From the NCBI RefSeq assembly GCF_000008645.1, contig NC_000916.1:510001-542000 (forward strand): a stretch of 32,000 bases of DNA, given 5' to 3'. The DNA comes from Methanothermobacter thermautotrophicus str. Delta H. Its GTDB lineage: Archaea > Methanobacteriota > Methanobacteria > Methanobacteriales > Methanothermobacteraceae. Position 1 is the stretch's first letter; each line of letters opens with the position of its first letter. Below are positions 1 to 8,417 of the stretch, piece after piece. The position numbers and the translations under genes were made by a program. Below the pieces are notes generated by a model, which was given only the letters and a program-made list of their open reading frames with translations, was not told the DNA's origin and ran no database searches.

Positions 1-270
1 GTCAGGATGGCTAAGGAGATGGGTGACATCGCCAAGGTAGCTGTGATGCCAGAGAACCTGGCAGACACCCTGGTGGTACTCCAGCTCCTCACATTTGAGG
101 AGGACACTGTGGCAATATCCATGGGGGAACTCGGTAAATACACGAGGGTTGCAGCCGCCCTCTTTGGCTCACCCATCACCTTCGCATCAATGGGGAGGGG
201 GACAGCCCCGGGACAGATGGATGTTGATGTAACCCGGAAAATGATTGGAGAACTCATGCCGGAGGATTGA
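1..270 (+). CDS. aroD: 3-dehydroquinate dehydratase, type I (C-terminal part; 5' end lies outside the window)
   Basis: Frame 1 is open from base 1. The translation ...DIAKVAVMP...ISMGELGKYTRVAAALFGSPITFAS... matches the C-terminal half of type I DHQases, including the lysine-bearing AKVAV strand and the MGxxGxxxR / GSxxTFA blocks. Stop TGA at 268-270. Confidence 0.75.
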   Translation, partial: VRMAKEMGDIAKVAVMPENLADTLVVLQLLTFEEDTVAISMGELGKYTRVAAALFGSPITFASMGRGTAPGQMDVDVTRKMIGELMPED

Positions 271-887
271 CCATGAAGAAGGTTCTGATTGCCATTGCAG
301 TGCTTGCCATCATCGCCGTTTCAGGTGCATTTTACTACCTTGATCATGTGGATTCTGTTGACATAACCATAAAGACCGATGGTGTTAACATCACCGTTGA
401 GGCCGACACCATCTTCTTCCAGAAGGTCCCCGCAGGGATGGAGCAGGAGATAGGGGACTACATGGCGGATGTCATCAATGACCCTGACAGCACCGTTGAA
501 TCAATAAAAAAGGACGTGACCGACATAGCAGAGAGGTACGGTTACAGGGAGGTTAACGTCAGGATAGAGTCACAGTTCGGTGTTGACCAGCTCCCAATGC
601 CGGCCGTTGTGAGCGGTGACTCAATGTATCCAACACTGAAGGACGGCCAGGATCTCATAGTCCTCAAGACAGACAGGTACACCGTGGGGGACATAGTAAT
701 AGCAAGGCACCCTGAATACGGCCTCATTGTGAAGAGGGTCGGCAAGATCGAACCTGAAAGGGTCTACCTGATGAGTGATAACAAGAAGGTTGAACGCATC
801 TACACTCCGACCTCTGTTATTGTGAGAACACCCCTGAACACATGGGTTCCAAGGTCAGCCATTGTGGGTGTTGTGAAGGAGTACTGA
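267..887 (+). CDS. S26-family signal peptidase I-like membrane protein
   Basis: N-terminal TM helix (VLIAIAVLAIIAVSGAF). The C-terminal third carries SGDSMYPTL (catalytic Ser box) and GLIVKRVG (Lys box). The likely true start is ATG 273; the track start at 267 is a TTG overlapping the aroD stop. Confidence 0.7.
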   Translation: MTMKKVLIAIAVLAIIAVSGAFYYLDHVDSVDITIKTDGVNITVEADTIFFQKVPAGMEQEIGDYMADVINDPDSTVESIKKDVTDIAERYGYREVNVRIESQFGVDQLPMPAVVSGDSMYPTLKDGQDLIVLKTDRYTVGDIVIARHPEYGLIVKRVGKIEPERVYLMSDNKKVERIYTPTSVIVRTPLNTWVPRSAIVGVVKEY

Positions 888-931
888 AACCCTTTCTGGA
901 CCTCCAGAATCAGAGATTCCCAGCAACATTA

Positions 932-958
932 TTTTTTGATGACACCATCTTCCTTTTT
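932..958 (+). terminator. Oligo-T tracts (T6 at 932-937, T5 at 954-958) downstream of the peptidase gene; candidate archaeal terminator
   Basis: T-runs sit 45-70 nt after the stop in a convergent intergenic region. Archaeal termination typically uses oligo-dT tracts. Confidence 0.3.
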
Positions 959-1103
959 GAGGACATACCTTCTCTGTCTCAACACCATGGTGACTCACTC
1001 TATGGATCTGCAGCTAATCTAGATCCAGGTACTGAAAAACCGTTTCAAAGAACTCAAATTCAAAAAAAATTGATGAACTCAGACAATTCCCTCAGAGAAA
1101 GAT

Positions 1104-1109
1104 AAAAAA
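1104..1109 (-). terminator. T6 tract (minus strand) 4 nt after the htpX stop; candidate terminator
   Basis: The plus strand shows aaaaaa at 1104-1109, immediately downstream (minus sense) of the stop at 1113-1115. Confidence 0.3.
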
Positions 1110-1112
1110 GAA

Positions 1113-2085
1113 TCAGGTGAATTTGGACAGCCTCTCAACCCTCTTAAGCATGTTCGGGTGTGTTGATAACAGTTCAAGGATCCTTGCACCCAGTCCGACC
1201 TTAACTCCACCGTATTTTATCCTCTGGAGTTCAGCGAGGTCTATGGTCCCATCCATGTTCATGTCAAGCTGGCGGAGGTCCTCTATCTCACCGTACGCCG
1301 CTGACACATCATTCAGGAAGAAGGCCTTGACACCCTCGACCTGTTTCAGGTCGTCCCTGTTGAACTGGGCTGAGCCGTAGCACAAGCTTGTAGAGTGCGC
1401 TTGCAAGTTTGTGTGGCTGACCACCAATCTCCACACTACCCTGGTCAGCGTAGTACTCCCTTGTCCTTGATATGAAGAGTACTATGAGCTGACCTATGAA
1501 GTATGCAATGAGGGCTGCAATACCCACCAGATTTGCCTCATCATCCCTGCTGAAGACCGTGCTCCAGAATATGTAGTAGCATATGAGGGGGACGGCGCTC
1601 ACCAGGGTCATGACTATCATGTCGCTGTGCTTTATATGGGAGATTTCATGTCCGAGGACTGCCCTCAGTTCCTCCTCATCAAGGAGGTTGAGTATTCCCC
1701 GGGTCACACAAACCCTTCCATCAGCCTTTGTTCTTCCGAAGGCGAATGCGTTGGGCAATGCGATCTCCGCTATTCCGACCATTGGTTTGGGTATGCCGGC
1801 CCTTCGTGCAAGTTCATCCACCATTGCATGCAGTCGGGGTGCCTCGGCTTCGCTCACGTAGTGGACGTTCATTGTGAGTTCCACTATCTTCGGGGAGATG
1901 AGGTACTGCAGGAATATCACTCCGAAACCCAGGAGGGCATAGAAGAGTGGTCCTCCAAGTCCCAGGATGGATCCTACGACCATGAGTATCGCATAGATCA
2001 ATCCGAATAAAAGTACTGTCGCCAGGAACATTCTGAGCTTCAGTTTCCATGTGCTGAGTCTTCTCATTTTGGCTTTTTCCTCCAT
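1113..2085 (-). pseudogene. htpX: HtpX-type M48 zinc metalloprotease, reading frame broken by one extra base at about 1380
   Basis: ORF 1309..2085 has N-terminal TM helices, HEISH (HExxH) and REYYAD. It reads ...KLASALYKLV, then runs out of frame to a stop at 1309. ORF 1113..1436 continues seamlessly in the next frame as YGSAQFNRDDLKQVEGVKAFFLND...STHPNMLKRVERL, a typical HtpX C-terminus. Junction on the minus strand: gtg (1383-1381), extra c (1380), tac (1379-1377). Confidence 0.85.
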
Positions 2086-2325
2086 CGAGCCATTAGTTAC
2101 AAAGTGTTATTTTATTATGTGATGATATAAATCTTTTGTTATTATTGTAAGGTATGGAGGGCCCTGAATATGGAGGTTCCTGACTGTAAGCACGGTAGCC
2201 GGGATCCGCATGTAGCATAGCACTCCGACCAAAGAGACCATTCCCTGAGACCCAAAGTTTATTAAATATTAAAGTATATTTCATATTAAGGGGATGATAA
2301 TATCAGGAATCTATGGAAAGTTCTA

Positions 2326-3258
2326 ATGTTAGTGACCATCTTTGCCCTTATCGGATCCAGTCAGGCCGTCCAGATAGGCAATACAAGTTACGGCTATGTT
2401 GAGAAGGACTACTACGGTAACCAGAGCTCCAATGAGACCATAGGACTCATAATAGGGGTTCATCCCCGTGAGTCAGGTATACATGAAGCCGTGAGGAAGA
2501 CCCTCCAGACCTCAAACCTCACAAAAAGATACGTCCTCTACAGCGTCCATGTGACATCCAATGCCTACGACTACTCGAAGGGCCGTATGAACGGCCAGCT
2601 ACTTGCAAGGAACTTCATTGTACCTGATGTAAAGAATGAGAAGCCCATGCTGGTCATTGACTGCCATGAAAACCTTTACCGTCAGAGTGGATACGCATAC
2701 CCCCGCTTCCTCTATGTGATCTCAGAGAACCTTGCAACCATAAATTACACGGAACAGATAGTATCCAGGATGGGCTTCCTGAGAGTATATACACCCCCAA
2801 AGGCAACGAGTCCTCAGTACGTGACAGTGCCGATAGCCTCACAGGGATACAGCACCATAATATATGAGACCTATAAATATGACAGCCAGTCAAGAAAGCT
2901 CAGCGACGCAGGTATGTTCATATCATGCCTTGAAAGCCTCAGAACCTACATTTCAAGGGGTATAAACATCACTTCAAGTAGCCCGGCTGCGGGAGCTGTA
3001 ACCTCAAGGAGGCCGATAATAAGGGTCACCTTCTCAAAGACAATAAAACCTGGAAGGTACTGGAGCAGGGTAACCCTCAAAAACAGGTATGGTAAATCTG
3101 TGAGGGTCAGGACATGGGTTTCCGGTAACACCCTCTATGTGAAACCAGTCTACAGGCTATCCCGGAACAGCTGGTACACCCTCACCATACCGGCCGGTGC
3201 ACTGGTTGACGCCCCAGAGAATAAATGGACGCTTAGGTTCAGGACCGGGAGAAGATAG
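2326..3258 (+). CDS. Secreted protein: N-terminal HxxE...H putative zinc-hydrolase-like domain plus C-terminal SbsA/Big_5-like Ig domain
   Basis: Hydrophobic N-terminus ending SSQA/VQ looks like a signal peptide. GVHPRESG (HxxE) and VIDCHEN resemble M14/AstE-type metal ligands. The last ~95 aa (SSSPAAGAVTSRRPIIRVTFSKTI...GNTLYVKPVYRLSRNSWYTLTIPAGALVD...LRFRT) fit the SbsA-Ig pattern. The domain assignment is from motif memory only. Confidence 0.55.
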   Translation: MLVTIFALIGSSQAVQIGNTSYGYVEKDYYGNQSSNETIGLIIGVHPRESGIHEAVRKTLQTSNLTKRYVLYSVHVTSNAYDYSKGRMNGQLLARNFIVPDVKNEKPMLVIDCHENLYRQSGYAYPRFLYVISENLATINYTEQIVSRMGFLRVYTPPKATSPQYVTVPIASQGYSTIIYETYKYDSQSRKLSDAGMFISCLESLRTYISRGINITSSSPAAGAVTSRRPIIRVTFSKTIKPGRYWSRVTLKNRYGKSVRVRTWVSGNTLYVKPVYRLSRNSWYTLTIPAGALVDAPENKWTLRFRTGRR

Positions 3259-3281
3259 GGTAGAAAAAAACCATTCTTCAT

Positions 3282-3291
3282 TTATTTTTTA
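3282..3291 (+). terminator. Oligo-T tract (tttatttttt) after the 2326..3258 gene
   Basis: T-rich run about 25 nt after the stop codon. Confidence 0.3.
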
Positions 3292-3399
3292 GAATTGTTC
3301 TAATGATGGATATGTAAGCCTAGAGAATCGTTGGGAGATCTTTTCTTTTTCTGGATTATAAAACTGCAGGATAAAAGCGCTTCTGTGCTGTTTTCTACA

Positions 3400-4191
3400 C
3401 TAACATTTCATTAATTCCCTGATGATTTCATCCACTTCATTTTTAACAGCATATGCTCCCAGTGATTCCCCTTTTAGATTCATTTTGGTTATAGCTGGTG
3501 AATAAGGTAGAACACCTTTAATTTCGTTACCCTCTGAAGTTAATAGTTCTGTCAAAATTGGCTCCGTTTCCTCATCAATTTTGTTGAGGATTACTCCAAA
3601 ACGTTTATCTGCTTCATGGGTAAGTTTTGCAGCCTTTTCTGCTAGTAGAACTGCATCACTGGAAGGATCTACCACCATCACTACAGCATCTGCCCCCTCC
3701 ACTATTCCACGCCCGAAGTGTTCTACTCCTGCTTCAGTATCTACTAAAACCCATTGATCTTCTTCTAATCTTACATGATTCAGGAAATCTCTCGTTACAG
3801 CTCCCATAGGACAGGCACATCCCTCCATTGCATGATCAATTTTTCCTATCTGCATTAAACCTAAAGATCCAACCCAGCACACAAATTCCTGTGATAGACT
3901 CTCTAGATCAAATTTTTCCCTGAAAAGTTCGGGTTCAGTTTCCCCATCTCTGATCATTGACCTCAACTTTTTCATTACACGAGGTTTACCGCCAAGATAA
4001 TCCATGAGAGTTTTCTCTGCTGGCTCAATTCCTAAGATCCCACTTAATCCAATATTAGATTCATCCGAATCAACAACCAGGACCCTTTTTTTCTGTTCTT
4101 TAAGTGTGTGAGCTATTAAAGTTACCAGCGTGCTCTTTCCACTTCCGCCTCGACCACTAATAATTAACTTGGGCATGCCGAAACCTTCCAT
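3400..4191 (-). CDS. CooC/AcsF-family (MinD/ParA-type) nickel-insertion accessory ATPase-like protein
   Basis: Deviant Walker A GRGGSGKST; VVDSDES; CxC metal motif EGCACPMG; DTEAGVEHFGRG. These are the signature blocks of CooC-type maturation ATPases. A more likely start is ATG 4176 (MPKLIISG...). Confidence 0.8.
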   Translation of the reverse strand: MEGFGMPKLIISGRGGSGKSTLVTLIAHTLKEQKKRVLVVDSDESNIGLSGILGIEPAEKTLMDYLGGKPRVMKKLRSMIRDGETEPELFREKFDLESLSQEFVCWVGSLGLMQIGKIDHAMEGCACPMGAVTRDFLNHVRLEEDQWVLVDTEAGVEHFGRGIVEGADAVVMVVDPSSDAVLLAEKAAKLTHEADKRFGVILNKIDEETEPILTELLTSEGNEIKGVLPYSPAITKMNLKGESLGAYAVKNEVDEIIRELMKC

Positions 4192-4197
4192 CTTGAA

Positions 4198-4744
4198 TTA
4201 TTCCATCCTACAGTTCCAGTTATAAGGGATTATATCATTATCAAGAGGATTGACCCTCCTTTCATCAACATTTTCAGGATCGTAAAGAAGAGAAGGCATT
4301 CCGATTACCACCGATATTTTATTACCTATATTTTTCGTACCGTGAAAAATTCCAGGAGGGATATAGACTACACAGGGACATTTTTCACCCATAAATATCT
4401 CATTAAGGACCTGATATGTAGGTGAATCTTCCCTGTAATCATATAGGGCAAGCTTTACCATTCCCACGACACAGATCAGACGATCTTCCTGTTTAGAGTG
4501 AAGATTCCAGCCCTTGATCATCTTTGGATAGGAATATGAAGCAATTAATTTGCCTGATATTCTCTCCTTTCAGTTTCTTGTCATCCAAACGAAGGAGTTC
4601 CATCAGGAATCCCCTTTCATCACTGAACATTTTCAGATCATTTATAACCACTCCGTCAATGAGTTTTTCTCCATAAAAACCTGGAATATTTTGAACTCGT
4701 GGCTTTTCCAGTTCATCAAAATTTTTTAAACTTTTTGGTTTCAT
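4198..4744 (-). pseudogene. RmlC-like cupin (dTDP-4-dehydrorhamnose 3,5-epimerase family), frame broken by one extra base at about 4543
   Basis: ORF 4493..4744 gives ...FSDERGFLMELLR...GENIRQIN. Skipping base 4543 continues the reading as ASYSYPKMIKGWNLHSKQEDRLICVVGMVKLALYDYREDSPTY...IPPGIFHGTKN (ORF 4198..4521). Together they form a full-length (~180 aa) RmlC-type cupin. Confidence 0.75.
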
Positions 4745-5379
4745 TCGCGGGTCTCCCTTTTTTCATACATCCATGCTAAAGGATCCTTGCCATCCGGGAA
4801 CATTGCACCGTAGGGTTCAAATTTATTGATATCGCTAACAGTGCAGAAATGCATTCCACGATCCGATTCTACCATCATTAAAGGGTTAGCCTTCTCTATG
4901 TCCCATGAACCATCTTCTGGATTGTAGATATCATCGTTCACTTCAAGATGCACAACTTTACCGAGGATCAATAAATAAGGAAAGCCTTCATACTCATCTT
5001 CATAAATGTTATGCAGTTTACATTCCATCCATGCATAACACCCTTCAATTCCCGGTGCTTTAACCTTTTTTGAGGGTCTTTCCTTTAAATCCGCCAGTTC
5101 AAATTCATTAACATCAAAAGGAACATGCGAAGCTGTTGGTATCACTTTATCAACCATTTCAACCCCTGGCATATTAATAACAAATTCCCCAGTGTCTTTG
5201 ATATTAACAACTGTGTCTCTCATCTTTGCTGAAGCCACACAGATCAGATCAAAGGGGCGTAAAACTGGCATAACACATGAATAAGGTGCTATGTTCCTAA
5301 TTCCATCTTTACTTGTCGTTGAGATAAATGTCACTGGCAGCGGTATCAGAGATTCTCTCTTAAAATTTTCAAGTATCAT
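4741..5379 (-). CDS. Flavin reductase-like (FMN-binding split-barrel) domain protein
   Basis: [26 protein letters not shown]...[26 protein letters not shown] matches the flavin reductase-like domain pattern. There is a 4-nt overlap with the downstream cupin gene. GGTGAT Shine-Dalgarno-like sequence lies before the ATG. Confidence 0.7.
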   Translation of the reverse strand: MILENFKRESLIPLPVTFISTTSKDGIRNIAPYSCVMPVLRPFDLICVASAKMRDTVVNIKDTGEFVINMPGVEMVDKVIPTASHVPFDVNEFELADLKERPSKKVKAPGIEGCYAWMECKLHNIYEDEYEGFPYLLILGKVVHLEVNDDIYNPEDGSWDIEKANPLMMVESDRGMHFCTVSDINKFEPYGAMFPDGKDPLAWMYEKRETRE

Positions 5380-5879
5380 ATTATCACCAATCCATAATTT
5401 TTTTCCTCTCGTATATATAAATATTAGTTCTAAATCAAAAAGTATTATTATTTTGCCGTATATTCTTTAATGCTTATTACTACTTCCTGTAGTGGTGGTT
5501 TAAAGTTGAGGGAACTCGTGGAGTATGTATTATCACATCCTCCAAAGAAAATCAAAAACAACAATCACTCAAAAGAATTCGCTGGAAGTTCAGATAACCT
5601 ATACGAGAATCTTATGGATTTAGTGCTGGATTAGCTAATTAAATTGAGTTAAAAAATGAAATGGGGATTCTAACAGTATCCTGGATCAAAATACGAATAT
5701 AGGTGGCAAAATTATATAAGGAAGACATTAAAGATCTGAACACTTTCAGGGGATTATTATGAGAGCTGCGGATTATATAAGATATTCTATCTGAATCAGC
5801 AGCAGAACCGAAGAAAAAAGAAGGATAGAATTCCACAGCAGCTGAAGCCGCCTTAAATCCGCCGAGTCCATTTCAAGTT

Positions 5880-6545
5880 TCAGAGGATACCGTTCCTTTT
5901 AAGGAGCCTCCTGGGGTTCTTCACAAGCGCCTCCTCCACTCCGGACTCGGTTAGACCTGCCCCGAGGCCTATCCTCCGTGCCATCTCATAGTCGATCAGA
6001 TCCCCCGGTGCATGGGTATCCGTGTCAATCACGATGGGGACACCAACCTCCCCTGCAATGGCTGCCACGTGACCATTACCAAGGCAGTGCCCCTTCCTGG
6101 CACTTATCTCAAGGGTCACATCATTCTCACGGGCCAGTTCAACGTCCTCAATCGTTATCAGGCCCGGATGGGCCAGTATATCAACCTCCGGGCAGCTTAC
6201 CGCTGCATGGTTGGTGCCCGGGATCACCGGCTCCACCAGGGTTTCGCCGTGTACAACAATCACCTCGGCCCCGAGCCTCCTTGCCCTCACTGCAAGTTTC
6301 TCAATTATCTCAACGGGCGCATGTGTGATCTCAGCCCCCGGGATAACCGTGATGTCCCAGTTATCACCTATGTCCTCCACGGCGTCGATGAGGTTTGTTA
6401 TGGTGTTTATGTTCGAGGCGTCTATGTGGTCAGTGATGGCTATTGCCTCATGTCCAAGTACACAGGCCCTCCTTGCAAGTTCGGATGGCAGGAGCTCACC
6501 GTCACTCAGGAGGCTGTGGGTGTGAAGATCTATCCTCTTTCTAAT
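5880..6545 (-). CDS. PHP-domain metal-dependent phosphoesterase; conserved N-terminus has no canonical start codon
   Basis: The track ORF (5880..6380) starts at MEDIGDNW. The same frame stays open upstream and encodes (I)[44 protein letters not shown], the metal-binding N-terminal PHP motif. No ATG/GTG/TTG occurs in that frame between the stop at 6564-6566 and 6380. Confidence 0.7.
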   Translation of the reverse strand: MRKRIDLHTHSLLSDGELLPSELARRACVLGHEAIAITDHIDASNINTITNLIDAVEDIGDNWDITVIPGAEITHAPVEIIEKLAVRARRLGAEVIVVHGETLVEPVIPGTNHAAVSCPEVDILAHPGLITIEDVELARENDVTLEISARKGHCLGNGHVAAIAGEVGVPIVIDTDTHAPGDLIDYEMARRIGLGAGLTESGVEEALVKNPRRLLKRNGIL

Positions 6546-6652
6546 TTCAGGCCCTCCATGAAATCATTACAATCTGTACCGGGAGGGTCGCAACAATTCT
6601 CTCCTCCCTGAAAATCATTATATTGCTGTTGATACACATCAAAGATTAAGGT

Positions 6653-7531
6653 ATGTTCAGGGAAGTATTTAAAATGAAGCCCAGGGTCTTTGTACCAGCA
6701 CACATAACAGGATTCTTCGAGGTTGTAATGCAGAGGGACCCCCTGAGGTCAGGGTCCAGGGGGGCCGGTGTCGTCCTGGACAGGGGTGTTAAAACCGGGG
6801 TGAAGCTCAGGGGTTCAGATGACACCACGAAGGTGAGGGTGAACGGAAGGAGAGATGATGATGGAGTTAGCATTAGGGCCGTTGAAATCCTGAGGGAGCT
6901 CACAGGGTTCAGTGAGGGGGTGAGTATCCACCACGAGGTGGAGGTGCCCATAGGGTGTGGCTTCGGGACATCAGCCGCCTGCGCCCTCGGGAGCGTCCTT
7001 GCAATTGCATCTGAACTGGAACTCCCCATCACCTTCAACATGGCAGGTGAGGTGGCACACCGTGCAGAGGTTGAACTCGGAACCGGTCTCGGGGACCTCA
7101 TAGCTGAGGTAACAGGTGGAATGGTCATCAGGACCCGGGAGGGGCCGCCAGGGTACGGGAGGGTTGACAGGATCATCCAGGACGGCCTCCACGTTATAAC
7201 CCGGACGCTGGGGGAACTTGACACCGCATCGGTGATACATGATGATGCCCATGTGAGGGCCATCAACAGGATGGGGGGTGGTATGATAGGTCGCCTGCTT
7301 AAGAGACCAGCCCCGGCCCGGTTCATGGAGCTCTCCCGGGAGTTTGCAGAGGGGGCAGGCCTCATCCCCCGGGAGCTCAGGGAACCCCTGGAGGAACTCT
7401 CAGAGGGTACGCTGGGTGCCTCCATGGCCATGCTGGGGAACACAGTATTCGCCCTATCAGAGGACCCTGACGCCGGTGGCGCTGGCACCAGTACCTACGG
7501 TATCGACCAGCTGGGTGCAAGGTTCATATGA
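6653..7531 (+). CDS. Pantoate kinase (GHMP-kinase family, archaeal CoA pathway)
   Basis: VFVPAHITGFFEV at the N-terminus and the GHMP motif PIGCGFGTSAACALG are typical of the archaeal COG1829-type pantoate kinase. An alternative start is ATG 6674. Confidence 0.7.
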   Translation: MFREVFKMKPRVFVPAHITGFFEVVMQRDPLRSGSRGAGVVLDRGVKTGVKLRGSDDTTKVRVNGRRDDDGVSIRAVEILRELTGFSEGVSIHHEVEVPIGCGFGTSAACALGSVLAIASELELPITFNMAGEVAHRAEVELGTGLGDLIAEVTGGMVIRTREGPPGYGRVDRIIQDGLHVITRTLGELDTASVIHDDAHVRAINRMGGGMIGRLLKRPAPARFMELSREFAEGAGLIPRELREPLEELSEGTLGASMAMLGNTVFALSEDPDAGGAGTSTYGIDQLGARFI

Positions 7532-7673
7532 AAAACATACCCCGCCACAGGCCCCGGAAGTACTCAGAACTCCAAAACTCAGTCCATATGAAAAACATAC
7601 CCTGCCACAGGCCCCGGAAGTACTCAGAACTCCAAAACTCAGTCCATATGAAAACATACCCTGCCAGGCCCTG
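7525..7673. repeat. 60-bp tandem direct repeat, 2 full units plus a degenerate partial third
   Basis: Unit 7525-7584 and unit 7585-7644 differ at one base (ccccgcc vs ccctgcc). A third partial copy from 7645 has small deletions. Unit 1 begins inside the last codons and stop of the pantoate kinase gene (ttc ata tga). Confidence 0.95.
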
Positions 7674-7856
7674 ACCCTGATCCGACAGCCACTCGACCGT
7701 AGACTCTGAAAACTCCAGCACCGCTGGATTATGCCTTATATGACCCTTTCCTTACATCTGAGGTTCATAATGAACAGATATGTGGATTTGTGGGGAAAAT
7801 ACTTTAAATTAAAAGGATATATTAATTGATGTTAGCAGAAGCAGCTTCGTGATCAG

Positions 7857-8417
7857 ATGATAAGGATAGTGTATGATATCAACATCTACCGTGAGGTCCT
7901 CAGGGAGGTCCTTGAACCATCCCACACCGTCGTGGAGCTTGGCTGCCACGTGGGTAACTCAACGCGCATAATCTCGGACCTTGTACCTGAGGGGAGGGTT
8001 GTGGCCGTCGACAACAGCCCCGAGGCTGTCGAGGTAATGGAGTCCCTCAGCAGGGAACGTGACAACGTTGAATTTATCTCAGGGGATGTGCGGCTCCATG
8101 AAACCCTCGAGAAGGTCTGCACCATGATAGACAGCTGTGATGTTCTCAGCGTGGACCTTGGAGGTGGCTACCACCCGGATACAACCTTCAAGGTCTACTT
8201 CATCTGGTCATCCACACTCAAACCAGGGGTCTCCATCATAAGGAACCGGGGGCTCCTGGACTTTGTATGCTCATCCATCACCGAAGAGTCATTCACCTCC
8301 AGGTATGGATGGCTTGAGTCAAGTGGGGACGCTGGAATCCCCCCACGACTCAGGGAATTTAAGCTCTGGTCCAGCAAGATATACAAGGAGGGTGCCCATG
8401 ATAGGCAAAAGGATTAG
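7857..8417 (+). CDS. Class I SAM-dependent methyltransferase-like protein
   Basis: Motif I-like [12 protein letters not shown] followed by an acidic residue after the next strand ([11 protein letters not shown]). The 3' end overlaps aroA' by 20 nt. Confidence 0.6.

Noticed and set aside
842-1105. 87-aa ORF in the convergent spacer between the peptidase gene and htpX.
   Set aside because: It overlaps the end of the peptidase gene out of frame. It has odd composition, contains the oligo-T terminator tracts and has no homology signal.
2093-2284. 63-aa ORF in the htpX / 2326-gene divergent intergenic region.
   Set aside because: It is AT-rich promoter-type sequence with no SD or motif support.
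5506-5836. Small ORFs in the AT-rich right border of the low-GC island: a TTG-start 42-codon ORF at 5506..5634 (LRELVEYVLSHPPKK...) and the 65-aa track ORF at 5639..5836.
   Set aside because: They are too short and low-complexity to support. They could be gene remnants, but I cannot recognise any family.
3259-5880. Mobile-element interpretation of the low-GC island (integrase, IS ends, att repeats).
   Set aside because: No transposase or integrase-like translation, no tRNA target and no convincing flanking direct or inverted repeats were seen. Only the compositional contrast is reported.
6646-7488. 280-aa ORF antisense to the pantoate kinase gene. Similar long antisense ORFs occur at 16996..17859 (opposite metG), 8472..8930, 8931..9212, 10913..11440, 12996..13460 and 28687..29160.
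   Set aside because: They are Ser/Pro/Ala/Thr-rich, low-complexity translations lying opposite genes with strong homology signals. These are typical shadow ORFs of GC-rich coding DNA, with no recognisable motifs.
7525-7673. Possible CRISPR array.
   Set aside because: The units are directly abutting 60-bp copies without unique spacers, and no cas genes are nearby. This is a plain tandem repeat.
7344-7721. ORFs on both strands running through the 60-bp tandem repeat (7344..7709 +, 7457..7657 -, 7524..7721 -), giving repetitive peptides.
   Set aside because: They are open only because the repeat period is a multiple of 3. They have no start context and no recognisable protein features, and the plus-strand one is an out-of-frame overlap of the kinase gene.
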